From a virus (lineage: Duplodnaviria; Caudoviricetes): a stretch of 33,145 bases of DNA. The notes beneath the pieces were generated by a model, which saw only the letters and a program-made list of their open reading frames with translations, searched no databases and was not told the origin of the DNA. Positions 7,604 through 16,201 of the stretch are shown here, piece after piece; position 1 is the first letter of the stretch; each line of letters begins with the position of its first letter. A program made the position numbers and the translations under genes. The stretch lies in IMG/VR virus record IMGVR_UViG_3300020042_001707, positions 1-33,145 of that record; one strand, 5' to 3'.

Positions 7604-8175
7604 TTTTTAACCCGTTCTTTAGCTTCTTCCTTAAGCCTAGCACCTTCTTGTTCCTCCTTGATGATGTCTCTCATCTCAAAGGTTTTTGAATACATTGCTC
7701 CCATTTCTGGGGGAGATTGATAAACCATAATCTCACGTATGGTTTTCTCTAGTTCTGCCATCTGATCTAAAGCCATAACTCTTTTAAGAGCCGCTTCCAT
7801 TAGATTAGCATCTGGGTCATACACATTCTTAGATTTCTCTTCTTCTTCTCGAATGTGTGTTGCTAATTGTTCTTGAAGTTTAAAAAACTCTGTGAGTTGT
7901 GAGACTACATTTACCATCACTTGAGTCTCATCAACAGCTACATACTTATCCTTCTTTTTCGCCACAGGCTTTGTCGTGACTGGTTTTTCCTTGGATTTAA
8001 AGAAATTACTAAAGTTACTCCAAAATCCAGTAACTTCCTTATACATTCCAACAGCTTCTTCAACAGTGGACTTAACCTCCATGAATGAGCTTTTGGCTTG
8101 TTTGTAAAGCTCACAACCCTCCCTTATTGCTGCAACACAAGCGTTGGCTGCAAAAAGAATGCTGATAGGGTCCAC
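7480..8175 (-). CDS. hypothetical helical protein with a C-terminal TM anchor
   Basis: 231-aa ORF, GTG start, C-terminal hydrophobic helix. Confidence 0.75.
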   Translation of the reverse strand: MDPISILFAANACVAAIREGCELYKQAKSSFMEVKSTVEEAVGMYKEVTGFWSNFSNFFKSKEKPVTTKPVAKKKDKYVAVDETQVMVNVVSQLTEFFKLQEQLATHIREEEEKSKNVYDPDANLMEAALKRVMALDQMAELEKTIREIMVYQSPPEMGAMYSKTFEMRDIIKEEQEGARLKEEAKERVKKWQREEAKRNLHAKSAYLIATLIFLVYLWAWLLFVNRWGKT

Positions 8176-8220
8176 ACTGTTTAATGTCCATTGTTATGTT
8201 TTTTAAGACTATCAAAATAA

Positions 8221-8832
8221 TTAAGTTGGGGCTGTGTATGCTGTGACAACACCACTGACAACTGTAAGAGAACCATCAGTACCCGAAATAGTTAATTTAG
8301 CTAAAGCTACAGTAGCAGAAACACCTGTGTTTTGAGTAGCCATAGTACCTAGACCTGTAACATCAGCAACAACAACAGCTCTAAACGTAGGAACACCAGC
8401 AGAACCATTAGGAGCTGCCAAAAAATAATTAGCAGTCTTGGAAGCATAGGGATTTAACGTATCACCATAGGCAGCAGCTAAAGAAATAGCGGGAGTAGTA
8501 CCACCACTAGATGCTACTGGAGAAGTTCCTGTAACTGACGTAACAATAGCACTACTAGCTGTCCAACTGGGAACACCAGCAGCAGTCATTTGCAATAAAG
8601 ACGTAGATGCAGGAGCAGGTAACTTAGTTAAATTGTTAGTGGAGTTGCTATATATTATGTCCCCTGTGTTGTAGGTAGTTAGTCCAGTACCACCATACTC
8701 AGGTTCAATAGGAATATCTAATGTGGAAGCAGTACCAAAAACTCTATCACTAAGTTTTTGAAACCAATCTCTCCAAACAAAACTCTCTTGAATCTTGTCT
8801 TGGGGTATAGGAAAAGTTGTTTTAGTTGCCAT
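8221..8832 (-). CDS. putative virion or tail-tip (needle-like) protein
   Basis: N-terminal WRDWFQKL helix followed by T/S/G-rich fibre-like sequence; last structural gene before the lysis genes. Confidence 0.6.
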   Translation of the reverse strand: MATKTTFPIPQDKIQESFVWRDWFQKLSDRVFGTASTLDIPIEPEYGGTGLTTYNTGDIIYSNSTNNLTKLPAPASTSLLQMTAAGVPSWTASSAIVTSVTGTSPVASSGGTTPAISLAAAYGDTLNPYASKTANYFLAAPNGSAGVPTFRAVVVADVTGLGTMATQNTGVSATVALAKLTISGTDGSLTVVSGVVTAYTAPT

Positions 8833-11800
8833 TTATTGTGCTTCTTTATTAAGATTTTCTCTTCTTTTTTCTAAAGCTTTTTCTTCTCGATCATGTTTTG
8901 GTGTCCATTCCATTCTTCCCCTTCTAATTTCTTTGTCCCTATATTTCCAGGCGTTTTCTTTAACAGCAAGTTCTCGTTCTGCTCTTGCTAGTTTATTTTG
9001 TTCAGCAGTCTTACCATACACAGGGAAACCCATTGTTCCTAGTAACGCTCTTTTAGCACCTTCTCCTTCAGGAGCACCAACAGCAGCTTGTATTTGGAAA
9101 GGTAATGCTGACTGACCAATAGCTTTAAGCCTACCAGCAGCACTCATATCAACTAATTTAGGAGCAGTAGGACTGGCATACTCTAAACCACCAACGCCAA
9201 CAATAAGAGCTTTAGGAATAAACCCAAGTTTATTAGACAAAGTTTTACTTGGGTCCATAATCCAGTGATAAGGTTCCATAGCGTGCTTCATAGCTTGCAT
9301 AGACGTACCATCAGGATATTCAATACGGGTTGGATCTTTGTTTTCCCAAAGATCTCTACCAGAGATCATGTTATTAATAGCATTAACTAGAGTTGCATAC
9401 AGCAATGCTGTTTTAAATTGATACAACCTAGCATAGTCAGCTTTGGTTGTAGGGTTTACCATGCCTTTAATGCCTTCAATAGGTTGCAATTTAGTAGGAT
9501 TTAGAGACTTGGGTAAAGCAGCAGTAAAGGCACGGATAGTAGAGATAGTCCAATCAGGAGCAAACAAACCAATTTGCAAAGCTCTACGACCTTCAGGACT
9601 GTACGCAGCCATAGCCAAACGTTTGGCATACTCATTTTCAACTTTTCTAGCAGCTTCAAACCAATTCAAACCACCAAAGCTATCGTTAACAAAAGAAGCA
9701 ATCTCTTTACGAGAAGTAATTTCATCAAAGGGTTTACCCCCTTTAGCAGCTTGTAGTCTAGCTTTTTCTAAGTAAGCATCAGCAACCATTAACTTGCCAC
9801 CAGTGTGCAAGTAATCCCATGTGTACTTATCAAAGATACCCAGGGTATATTTTTCAACAGTAGACATAGACTTCTCAAGTACACGAGTCTTGGGTCCGTA
9901 CTTACCAATCATTGTGTCTGCAAATTTACCAATAGAACCCAACATACCTTTAGAAACATCTTCAGGAGCATCTAATTGCAAACCATCTCTTCGTATCCAA
10001 GTGTCTACGTTGTCACCCAAACCACCTTTTTTAAACTGCTCAACAGCCTTAGTGATAGCAGACAACTGGAGATCTTTACCAGTAACAGCCTTAACACCCT
10101 TTTCAACTAAAGGAAGAACAATGGCATCTTTAAGAGGAGTCCACAAAGGAATCTTGGCACTAGACAACACTTCCATTAAAGACTTAGCATGAAAGAAAGA
10201 ACCAATAACGTTGACACGCTTAACAACTTGAGAAACAGTTCCCAAAGCTTGCATTGTCATACCAGGACCAGAATCAAACACAAACTTTAAAGGAGCTACC
10301 AAGTCAGGATGAATAGCAAAACCACCTAAATCAGGATGATCCATTTGTTTCCAACCATAAGGCAGTGGTTGTTCAGGAGTAATAGGTTTAATTAAAGACT
10401 CACCCTCAACATTCCTAACCTGTTTGATGTTGGTTATTAAACTTTTATTTTCAATAGCCTTTTCAACAGACAGAGCATAGTCTTTGTAGATGTCTGCAAG
10501 GTTGTCTGTCTTAAGTTTAAAACGATAGTCAAGTCCTTTAGACTCTAACCAAGTGTTGATACCTTGAATGTGATTAACAAGGTCTTCACGAGTCTTAAGT
10601 CTACGCTCTTGTCCGTATTTGGTTGTAGTTTTAGTGCCATCTCCAGATGCCTTTTCTCCGTAGCCAAAAACATCCCGCATAAACTCTTCGACAGCACCCT
10701 TTGGAGCATTACCTTCTGATACAACATTACGGGCTACATAGTTCTCATGCCAACCTTTAATAACATCATTCTCTAAAGCACGTTTACCAAGATCATCCAT
10801 TAAGGTACGAAACTTAGTTGCAACTTCTTCGGCTTTACCAGTAAGAGGAACACCCTTATCTATATCATAGGTAAGTTGTTCAAGGTTAACGTCTTTACCA
10901 GCCAACTTTTTAAGATCGCTAGTGTTGTTGTGAACAATGCGTTCATTAGCTACTTTGCTAGTAAGATTAATACCAACAAACTTTTCAACTTCTTTAACAG
11001 GTTCAGGCCAAGTCTTTTTAAACTGCTGCCATCCCTCAAAGAACTTAGTAGCTTCTACATCACCATGCTTTTCATAGATGTCTGTAGCTATTTTTATAAA
11101 TTCTTTTTCATCTTTAACGTTACGTGGATCAGGTTTAGTAGGCTCACCAACAATCTCACCTGTTGAGCTTATAACTTTAGAAGGAAAAGATGTACTAGCA
11201 CCATCTTCACGTTTAAAACCTTTGGAGGTTTCAACAAGAGTTGCACCATAGTCCATAACATCGTCAAAGACTGTACGTTCACTTTTGGGAATGTTTAAAC
11301 CTTCATTAACAATGTCCTTAAACTGTTGCCACAAGTTACTAATAACACCTGTTGTAGGCTCAACAGATCTTATAGAATTTAAAATTTGTTTAAACTCTTT
11401 ATTAGTAAAAGCTTCAGCAATAAATTCGTCAGCATTAGTAAAGCCATAGGGCTTACGATTGTCTCTTTCAAATGCTTTAAGCTCTCCAATAGTAGGAGCA
11501 ATATTGTCCTGTTGAAATTGTTCTAAAGCTTTTTGGTATCTACTCTCATGTTCTACTGCAAATCTTTCTTGCAAATCTTTAAGCTTAGTAGCAGCAACAG
11601 AATCACCTAGATTAATAAGACGCTGAGTACCAGCGTGCATAGCTTCGTGGGCTAAAGTTCTAATGTCTCCATCCCGTGCCATTTCTACTTTGTGTACTTT
11701 ATCTCCTGTGTATATACCAGCAGCATTTTGTTCTTTGCCATATTGATCAGTATATTTAAGGTAATCATTTGTAAAGCTAAGGTCAGCATCACGAATAAAT

Positions 11801-13236
11801 TGAGATTCATTAAGAACTCTAAGTAGAGCCCGTTGACCTCTAGTACCCAATCCATCTGTAGAAAGTATCTTGTCAAAAGCTTGTCCAACAGTTCTACTAC
11901 CATACAAATGGTCGTGTACTTCTTCCCATGTAGGTATTTTTTTATCTACAAATTGGACTTCAGGCATAGAGTTCTCTAAGCCTCTTATCTGTTGGTCTGC
12001 TTTAATTTGTTGAGCTTCAATTTGAGCAGCAGCAGCTTTATTGCCAGTGTTTAAAGCTTCTTGTCTTTGTACTTCAAGATCAAGAAAAGCTTCTTCTTGA
12101 AGTTTACGAATAGCATCTTTATGTTCTTGTCTAGTAACAGGAACTTTAACTTCTTCAATAGGAGGCTTAGTCTCACTAGGAGGTTGTTGGTCAGTAATCT
12201 TAAAACGCTCATCACCAACTTTACGTAGATCACCACTACGTAATCCAATTGGTTCACCGACTGTACCTTCTAATACATAATCTTGGGGAATCTGACCAGC
12301 ACGTTTAGCTTGGTCTACAGCAGCTTGGCGTTCGTGGAAATTACCACGTTCATCTACAAAGCCTTGTTCGTGGGTATCAATAGTTTCAGCTTTACGAGCC
12401 TCATCATGTTTAGGACCCATCCGTTCTATTTCACCAGTCTCTTTGTTCCTAATAGCAGTTTCAATTAAAGGAGCTACAGCATCACGCTTAGCTTTAGTTT
12501 CTTTAAGTTTGTTTAAGAATTCTGCTTTTTGTTGTGATGTAGTACCTTCTTGGGTAGGAGTTATTGGAACTTCTTTAGGTCTAAACTTTGGAGGTACAGT
12601 CTTCTCACCAAGCGCAGTTAATTTGCCAGGTAATAAAGCACCACCACCAAACTCTAAAAGAGTCTTACCTAAGTCTTGGTCTTCACCTGTAGCAGCACGT
12701 TGTCCAGCACCCACACCAGCTTGAATAGTACCTGAGAAACCACGTTCAGCAAGACTTCTACTGAGGGCTGTAGAAGCAGTCTTAGTAGATACAAAAGGAC
12801 CAGCACTAGCAAGTTGACCAGCTAATGCAGAGTACTCGTTTTGTTTACGACCAGCATCACGAGTAGCTTTATCAACGCTTAACATTGACATATATTTTTT
12901 AGCTAAAGGACTTGATTCTTCTAAAGCATTTAAACCTGCTTCTCCAAGATAGTTAGCACCAAATCCAGCAGCACCACCAGCAACAATAGTTGCAGGAATA
13001 GCAACGTAAGGACCAAATGGAGCAGTAGCAGTAGCTACAGCAGTACCAACACCTACACCAACAGCAGTAGCAGGAGAAGCCAATATAGCTTCTCTAGTAA
13101 ATGTACCTAAACCAGTAGTCTTAGGAGGTTCTTTAGGAACTAGATCATCAAAAGAAATATCAACTTCTTTAGAAGGTGTTGTTGCATCTTGTTGTTTACT
13201 AGGAATCAGATCATCAAAGGAGATGTCAGCAGCCAT
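8833..13236 (-). CDS. large internal virion/DNA ejection protein, polyvalent type, with a zincin metallopeptidase motif
   Basis: 1467 aa, third gene of the ejection cluster; HEAMH..EFIAEA motif; duplicated N-terminal DISFDDL(I/V)P. Confidence 0.75.
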   Translation of the reverse strand: MAADISFDDLIPSKQQDATTPSKEVDISFDDLVPKEPPKTTGLGTFTREAILASPATAVGVGVGTAVATATAPFGPYVAIPATIVAGGAAGFGANYLGEAGLNALEESSPLAKKYMSMLSVDKATRDAGRKQNEYSALAGQLASAGPFVSTKTASTALSRSLAERGFSGTIQAGVGAGQRAATGEDQDLGKTLLEFGGGALLPGKLTALGEKTVPPKFRPKEVPITPTQEGTTSQQKAEFLNKLKETKAKRDAVAPLIETAIRNKETGEIERMGPKHDEARKAETIDTHEQGFVDERGNFHERQAAVDQAKRAGQIPQDYVLEGTVGEPIGLRSGDLRKVGDERFKITDQQPPSETKPPIEEVKVPVTRQEHKDAIRKLQEEAFLDLEVQRQEALNTGNKAAAAQIEAQQIKADQQIRGLENSMPEVQFVDKKIPTWEEVHDHLYGSRTVGQAFDKILSTDGLGTRGQRALLRVLNESQFIRDADLSFTNDYLKYTDQYGKEQNAAGIYTGDKVHKVEMARDGDIRTLAHEAMHAGTQRLINLGDSVAATKLKDLQERFAVEHESRYQKALEQFQQDNIAPTIGELKAFERDNRKPYGFTNADEFIAEAFTNKEFKQILNSIRSVEPTTGVISNLWQQFKDIVNEGLNIPKSERTVFDDVMDYGATLVETSKGFKREDGASTSFPSKVISSTGEIVGEPTKPDPRNVKDEKEFIKIATDIYEKHGDVEATKFFEGWQQFKKTWPEPVKEVEKFVGINLTSKVANERIVHNNTSDLKKLAGKDVNLEQLTYDIDKGVPLTGKAEEVATKFRTLMDDLGKRALENDVIKGWHENYVARNVVSEGNAPKGAVEEFMRDVFGYGEKASGDGTKTTTKYGQERRLKTREDLVNHIQGINTWLESKGLDYRFKLKTDNLADIYKDYALSVEKAIENKSLITNIKQVRNVEGESLIKPITPEQPLPYGWKQMDHPDLGGFAIHPDLVAPLKFVFDSGPGMTMQALGTVSQVVKRVNVIGSFFHAKSLMEVLSSAKIPLWTPLKDAIVLPLVEKGVKAVTGKDLQLSAITKAVEQFKKGGLGDNVDTWIRRDGLQLDAPEDVSKGMLGSIGKFADTMIGKYGPKTRVLEKSMSTVEKYTLGIFDKYTWDYLHTGGKLMVADAYLEKARLQAAKGGKPFDEITSRKEIASFVNDSFGGLNWFEAARKVENEYAKRLAMAAYSPEGRRALQIGLFAPDWTISTIRAFTAALPKSLNPTKLQPIEGIKGMVNPTTKADYARLYQFKTALLYATLVNAINNMISGRDLWENKDPTRIEYPDGTSMQAMKHAMEPYHWIMDPSKTLSNKLGFIPKALIVGVGGLEYASPTAPKLVDMSAAGRLKAIGQSALPFQIQAAVGAPEGEGAKRALLGTMGFPVYGKTAEQNKLARAERELAVKENAWKYRDKEIRRGRMEWTPKHDREEKALEKRRENLNKEAQ

Positions 13237-13239
13237 ACA

Positions 13240-14703
13240 TTACTCCTTAAATGAAACACCAGCTTCTTTTAACCTAGCCTTAACTTTTTCAGGATCAGCA
13301 CCATTCTTAATGGCTTCGTTAGCCTTTTTAATAGCCGCATCATTTTGAGCCTGAGTCAACTTAACAGCAGGTTTGTTACTAGTAGCACTAGTACTACTAG
13401 GGGTCTTAGTATCTTTTGGAGGAGGAGCATCAGACTTATCTAGTCTGCCTTTTGTTTCTCTTTGTTTTGGACCAAGAGACATTGTGTCAATGCTTTCAAG
13501 TTCTGCTTGGAGAGAATCGTATATACGATCTTTTTGTTTTCCTTCTGGCATGGCTTCTAAAGCATTTAATTTTCTTTGAACAACTTCTTGTTTAAGTTCT
13601 TGTAATTCACGCCAAGCTTTAGTAGATGCTAGTTCTGCTCGTTTTGTATCACTGCCTTTAGTGTCTTCTACTGGTGAAGAACCACCACCAAAAACACTAA
13701 AGATTCCTACTTTTGTTTCATCTACTTTTACAGCCTTTTTAAAAGCATCTGTAGCTTCTTGGACAGGTCTTTTATATTCCAAATCAATACGACTAGCATC
13801 TCTACGAAATTGACCATACTGTTTATCTTCTCTTTTAGCATCAGCTTCATCTTGCTTGTCATCTTTGCCACCAGCTTTAGCAGTTGCTTTTGATTTTATA
13901 TTTTTACCAGTTGCTTCTATATTTTCACCAGTTGCTGCTATGTTTGCACCTCTAGCCTTTATGTTTTCAAGTTCTTTTTCAATAGCTTTATTAGCAAGCT
14001 CAGCTTTTTCTATTTGAAGATCTAAAACTTTAAGGCGTGCCTCATTAGCAGCCATATTGTTTTTACCTTCACCATTGTTCATCAAGGCTTCAAGTTGTGC
14101 TCTTTGTAGTTTACGATCTGTTTGTTCAAAGAATCCAGGAATATTTGCCTTAACAGATGCCTTCATGGGATCAGGCATTTTGTTAATTAATTCTGTCATC
14201 TGCTCATCTGTAGCACCACGAACAGTAGCTAGAGCATTACCAATTTGTAATCTATTCTCTTCGTGTTCTTTTAGTGAGTTTATAATTGATTTAGAATCTT
14301 CTGAATCAGCAAGTCTAGTAAACCTTTCACCATCAGCTGAATCAATACCCATAACAGCAGCTGCTAACTTACGGCTTTGATCTGCTGGACTTAGTCTTGA
14401 ATACCCTGGATCTGCTGTAACTTTAAGAATAGCTGCTTTCTTTTCAGCATTTACATCAATTTTAGATTGATTAACAAGGTTAGATAGTCTTGTTTGTTCA
14501 ATAGCTTTTTGTTCTTGTTCTATTTTTAATGCAGCTTGTTGGGGAGCATATAAAGCCTTAAGGCGATCTTGTTCTAATTTAAGTTGTGTCTCTTCTGCAC
14601 CAGCAGCTATAGCGGCAGCATCATACTGAGAAGCAATTGCGTTTTGTTGTAACTGTCTAACAGCAGTACTGCCAGCAGTTAAGTCAGACATCATATATGC
14701 CAT
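13240..14703 (-). CDS. internal virion/DNA ejection protein (P22 gp20-like position)
   Basis: A/Q/K/E-rich helical protein lying between the gp7-like gene and the large ejection gene. Confidence 0.65.
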   Translation of the reverse strand: MAYMMSDLTAGSTAVRQLQQNAIASQYDAAAIAAGAEETQLKLEQDRLKALYAPQQAALKIEQEQKAIEQTRLSNLVNQSKIDVNAEKKAAILKVTADPGYSRLSPADQSRKLAAAVMGIDSADGERFTRLADSEDSKSIINSLKEHEENRLQIGNALATVRGATDEQMTELINKMPDPMKASVKANIPGFFEQTDRKLQRAQLEALMNNGEGKNNMAANEARLKVLDLQIEKAELANKAIEKELENIKARGANIAATGENIEATGKNIKSKATAKAGGKDDKQDEADAKREDKQYGQFRRDASRIDLEYKRPVQEATDAFKKAVKVDETKVGIFSVFGGGSSPVEDTKGSDTKRAELASTKAWRELQELKQEVVQRKLNALEAMPEGKQKDRIYDSLQAELESIDTMSLGPKQRETKGRLDKSDAPPPKDTKTPSSTSATSNKPAVKLTQAQNDAAIKKANEAIKNGADPEKVKARLKEAGVSFKE

Positions 14704-14714
14704 AGTATTATTCC

Positions 14715-15320
14715 TTAATAATCATAAATAGCTGAGCCACCACTTGTAAATTCATTTCCCATACTATCAAAGTAGTTGCTGCCACCAGAACCACTTCTGT
14801 TATATATTTGACTAATACCTTGAGCAATACCACCAAAAGCATTTAGTTGTCCAGCTTGGGCTAAGTTACCTTGAGAGACAGCAGAACTTTGAGAGGGTAA
14901 AGTAGTAGCACCAGAACCTTGAGCAAGACGATTAAGGTAATCAGTCATAAATCCATAGTAACCTTGTTGAGCAGTTTTCTCTAAAGCAATTTGCTCATTA
15001 CCAGACCTCATCATTCCAGATGCAGCAGCACTACGTTTAGAAGCTTCTAAAGCAGGAGCTAAAATGCCACTTTGGTATTGACTAAATCCAGGCATTTTTG
15101 TAATGTCGTATTGATCTGGTGTAGTCAAAGCTCCAGAATATAGTTGACCAAGTTTGTCTCGATATGGTAAAAATGGATCATTAATTTTTTGGGCTTCAGC
15201 AGAAGCAGCACCAGAAGCACTACCTGATCCACTACTAGGACCAAATCCCAAAGCATTAGTAATGGCCCCGCCTGTTAAGGTATTAATACCTACAGCTATA
15301 GCTAAATATGATCCAGACAT
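14715..15320 (-). CDS. DNA transfer/pilot protein (P22 gp7-like)
   Basis: G/S/A-rich N-terminus, PFLPY, PGFSQYQ..SAAASGMMRSGN motif and position. Confidence 0.7.
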   Translation of the reverse strand: MSGSYLAIAVGINTLTGGAITNALGFGPSSGSGSASGAASAEAQKINDPFLPYRDKLGQLYSGALTTPDQYDITKMPGFSQYQSGILAPALEASKRSAAASGMMRSGNEQIALEKTAQQGYYGFMTDYLNRLAQGSGATTLPSQSSAVSQGNLAQAGQLNAFGGIAQGISQIYNRSGSGGSNYFDSMGNEFTSGGSAIYDY

Positions 15321-16199
15321 TTACTTGCCCTTCCAAAGATTGTTTATTTTCATAATTTCTCTGTAGTCAATAGTGATCTCTTCACCTTGATCACCACCTG
15401 GGGTTCCTTTAATATTCTTAATTGCTACTAAGAACATATCGCCCACATTGTTTTTAAACGCCATTGCATTAGGATTCTTAGAGTGGTTGATTAGATACCC
15501 CGCAGGGGTTCTACAATTACCAAGTCTCATAGGTGCAATGATGCTATTGATTGGGATAGCAGCAGTAGAAAACATACCCTTACCTTGGATGGGAGAGTTA
15601 CCAGCACAAATGCTATAACTACCATCTGGAAAAGGAATGCAATCTTCTCTGTGCTTAGATACTAGCTCAATGTCTTCAACAGTCCAACCAGACTCTTCAA
15701 CCACTGCTAAAAAATCTTGACGATCTTCTTCATGCAGTGGATAACGATCAGCCAGTTGTTTTGCTTGATGTTCTTTAAGATCATCTGGAATAACAAACAA
15801 AGTAGATTCTAAATACTCTACATCTGTGCTGTTAGACACATAGATATTTTGCCACACAACATCTTCTAATGTAAGACCTAGTTTACTTCCAGCTTTGGCT
15901 ACAAACATATAAGGAGCAGTTAAAATCTGAGGAGCACCACTGGTGTCTATAACCTGTAAACTACCTTTAAGTAGTACGTTCATATGTTCAGAAACGTGTT
16001 CTAAACCAACTACGAGTGTTCTTTTGGGATAGTGTGCTTCACGGATGTATAGACCACCCCCAAACCTGTGGACAGTAGAAATCTCTCGTTGCTCAGTTTC
16101 AAGTAAAGCTTTACCCAAAGCCATCTTGCCTTTTGTAGTTTGAAGGTCAAATCCTTCTTGAGAAACAACTGAGTCTATAATTTCTACAGCATTATCCAA
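15321..16199 (-). CDS. cupin-like domain fused to a SET-domain methyltransferase
   Basis: N-terminal HRFGGGLYIRE..HVSEHMNVLLKG; C-terminal SPIQGKGMF, YLINHSKNPNA and GEEITIDY. TTG start with AGGAG RBS. Confidence 0.85.
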   Translation of the reverse strand: MDNAVEIIDSVVSQEGFDLQTTKGKMALGKALLETEQREISTVHRFGGGLYIREAHYPKRTLVVGLEHVSEHMNVLLKGSLQVIDTSGAPQILTAPYMFVAKAGSKLGLTLEDVVWQNIYVSNSTDVEYLESTLFVIPDDLKEHQAKQLADRYPLHEEDRQDFLAVVEESGWTVEDIELVSKHREDCIPFPDGSYSICAGNSPIQGKGMFSTAAIPINSIIAPMRLGNCRTPAGYLINHSKNPNAMAFKNNVGDMFLVAIKNIKGTPGGDQGEEITIDYREIMKINNLWKGK

Positions 16200-16201
16200 A
16201 G

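Noticed and set aside
8176-8220. Possible sigma70 promoter for the lysis cassette (TTGATA on the minus strand)
   Set aside because: There is no convincing -10 element at 16-18 nt spacing.
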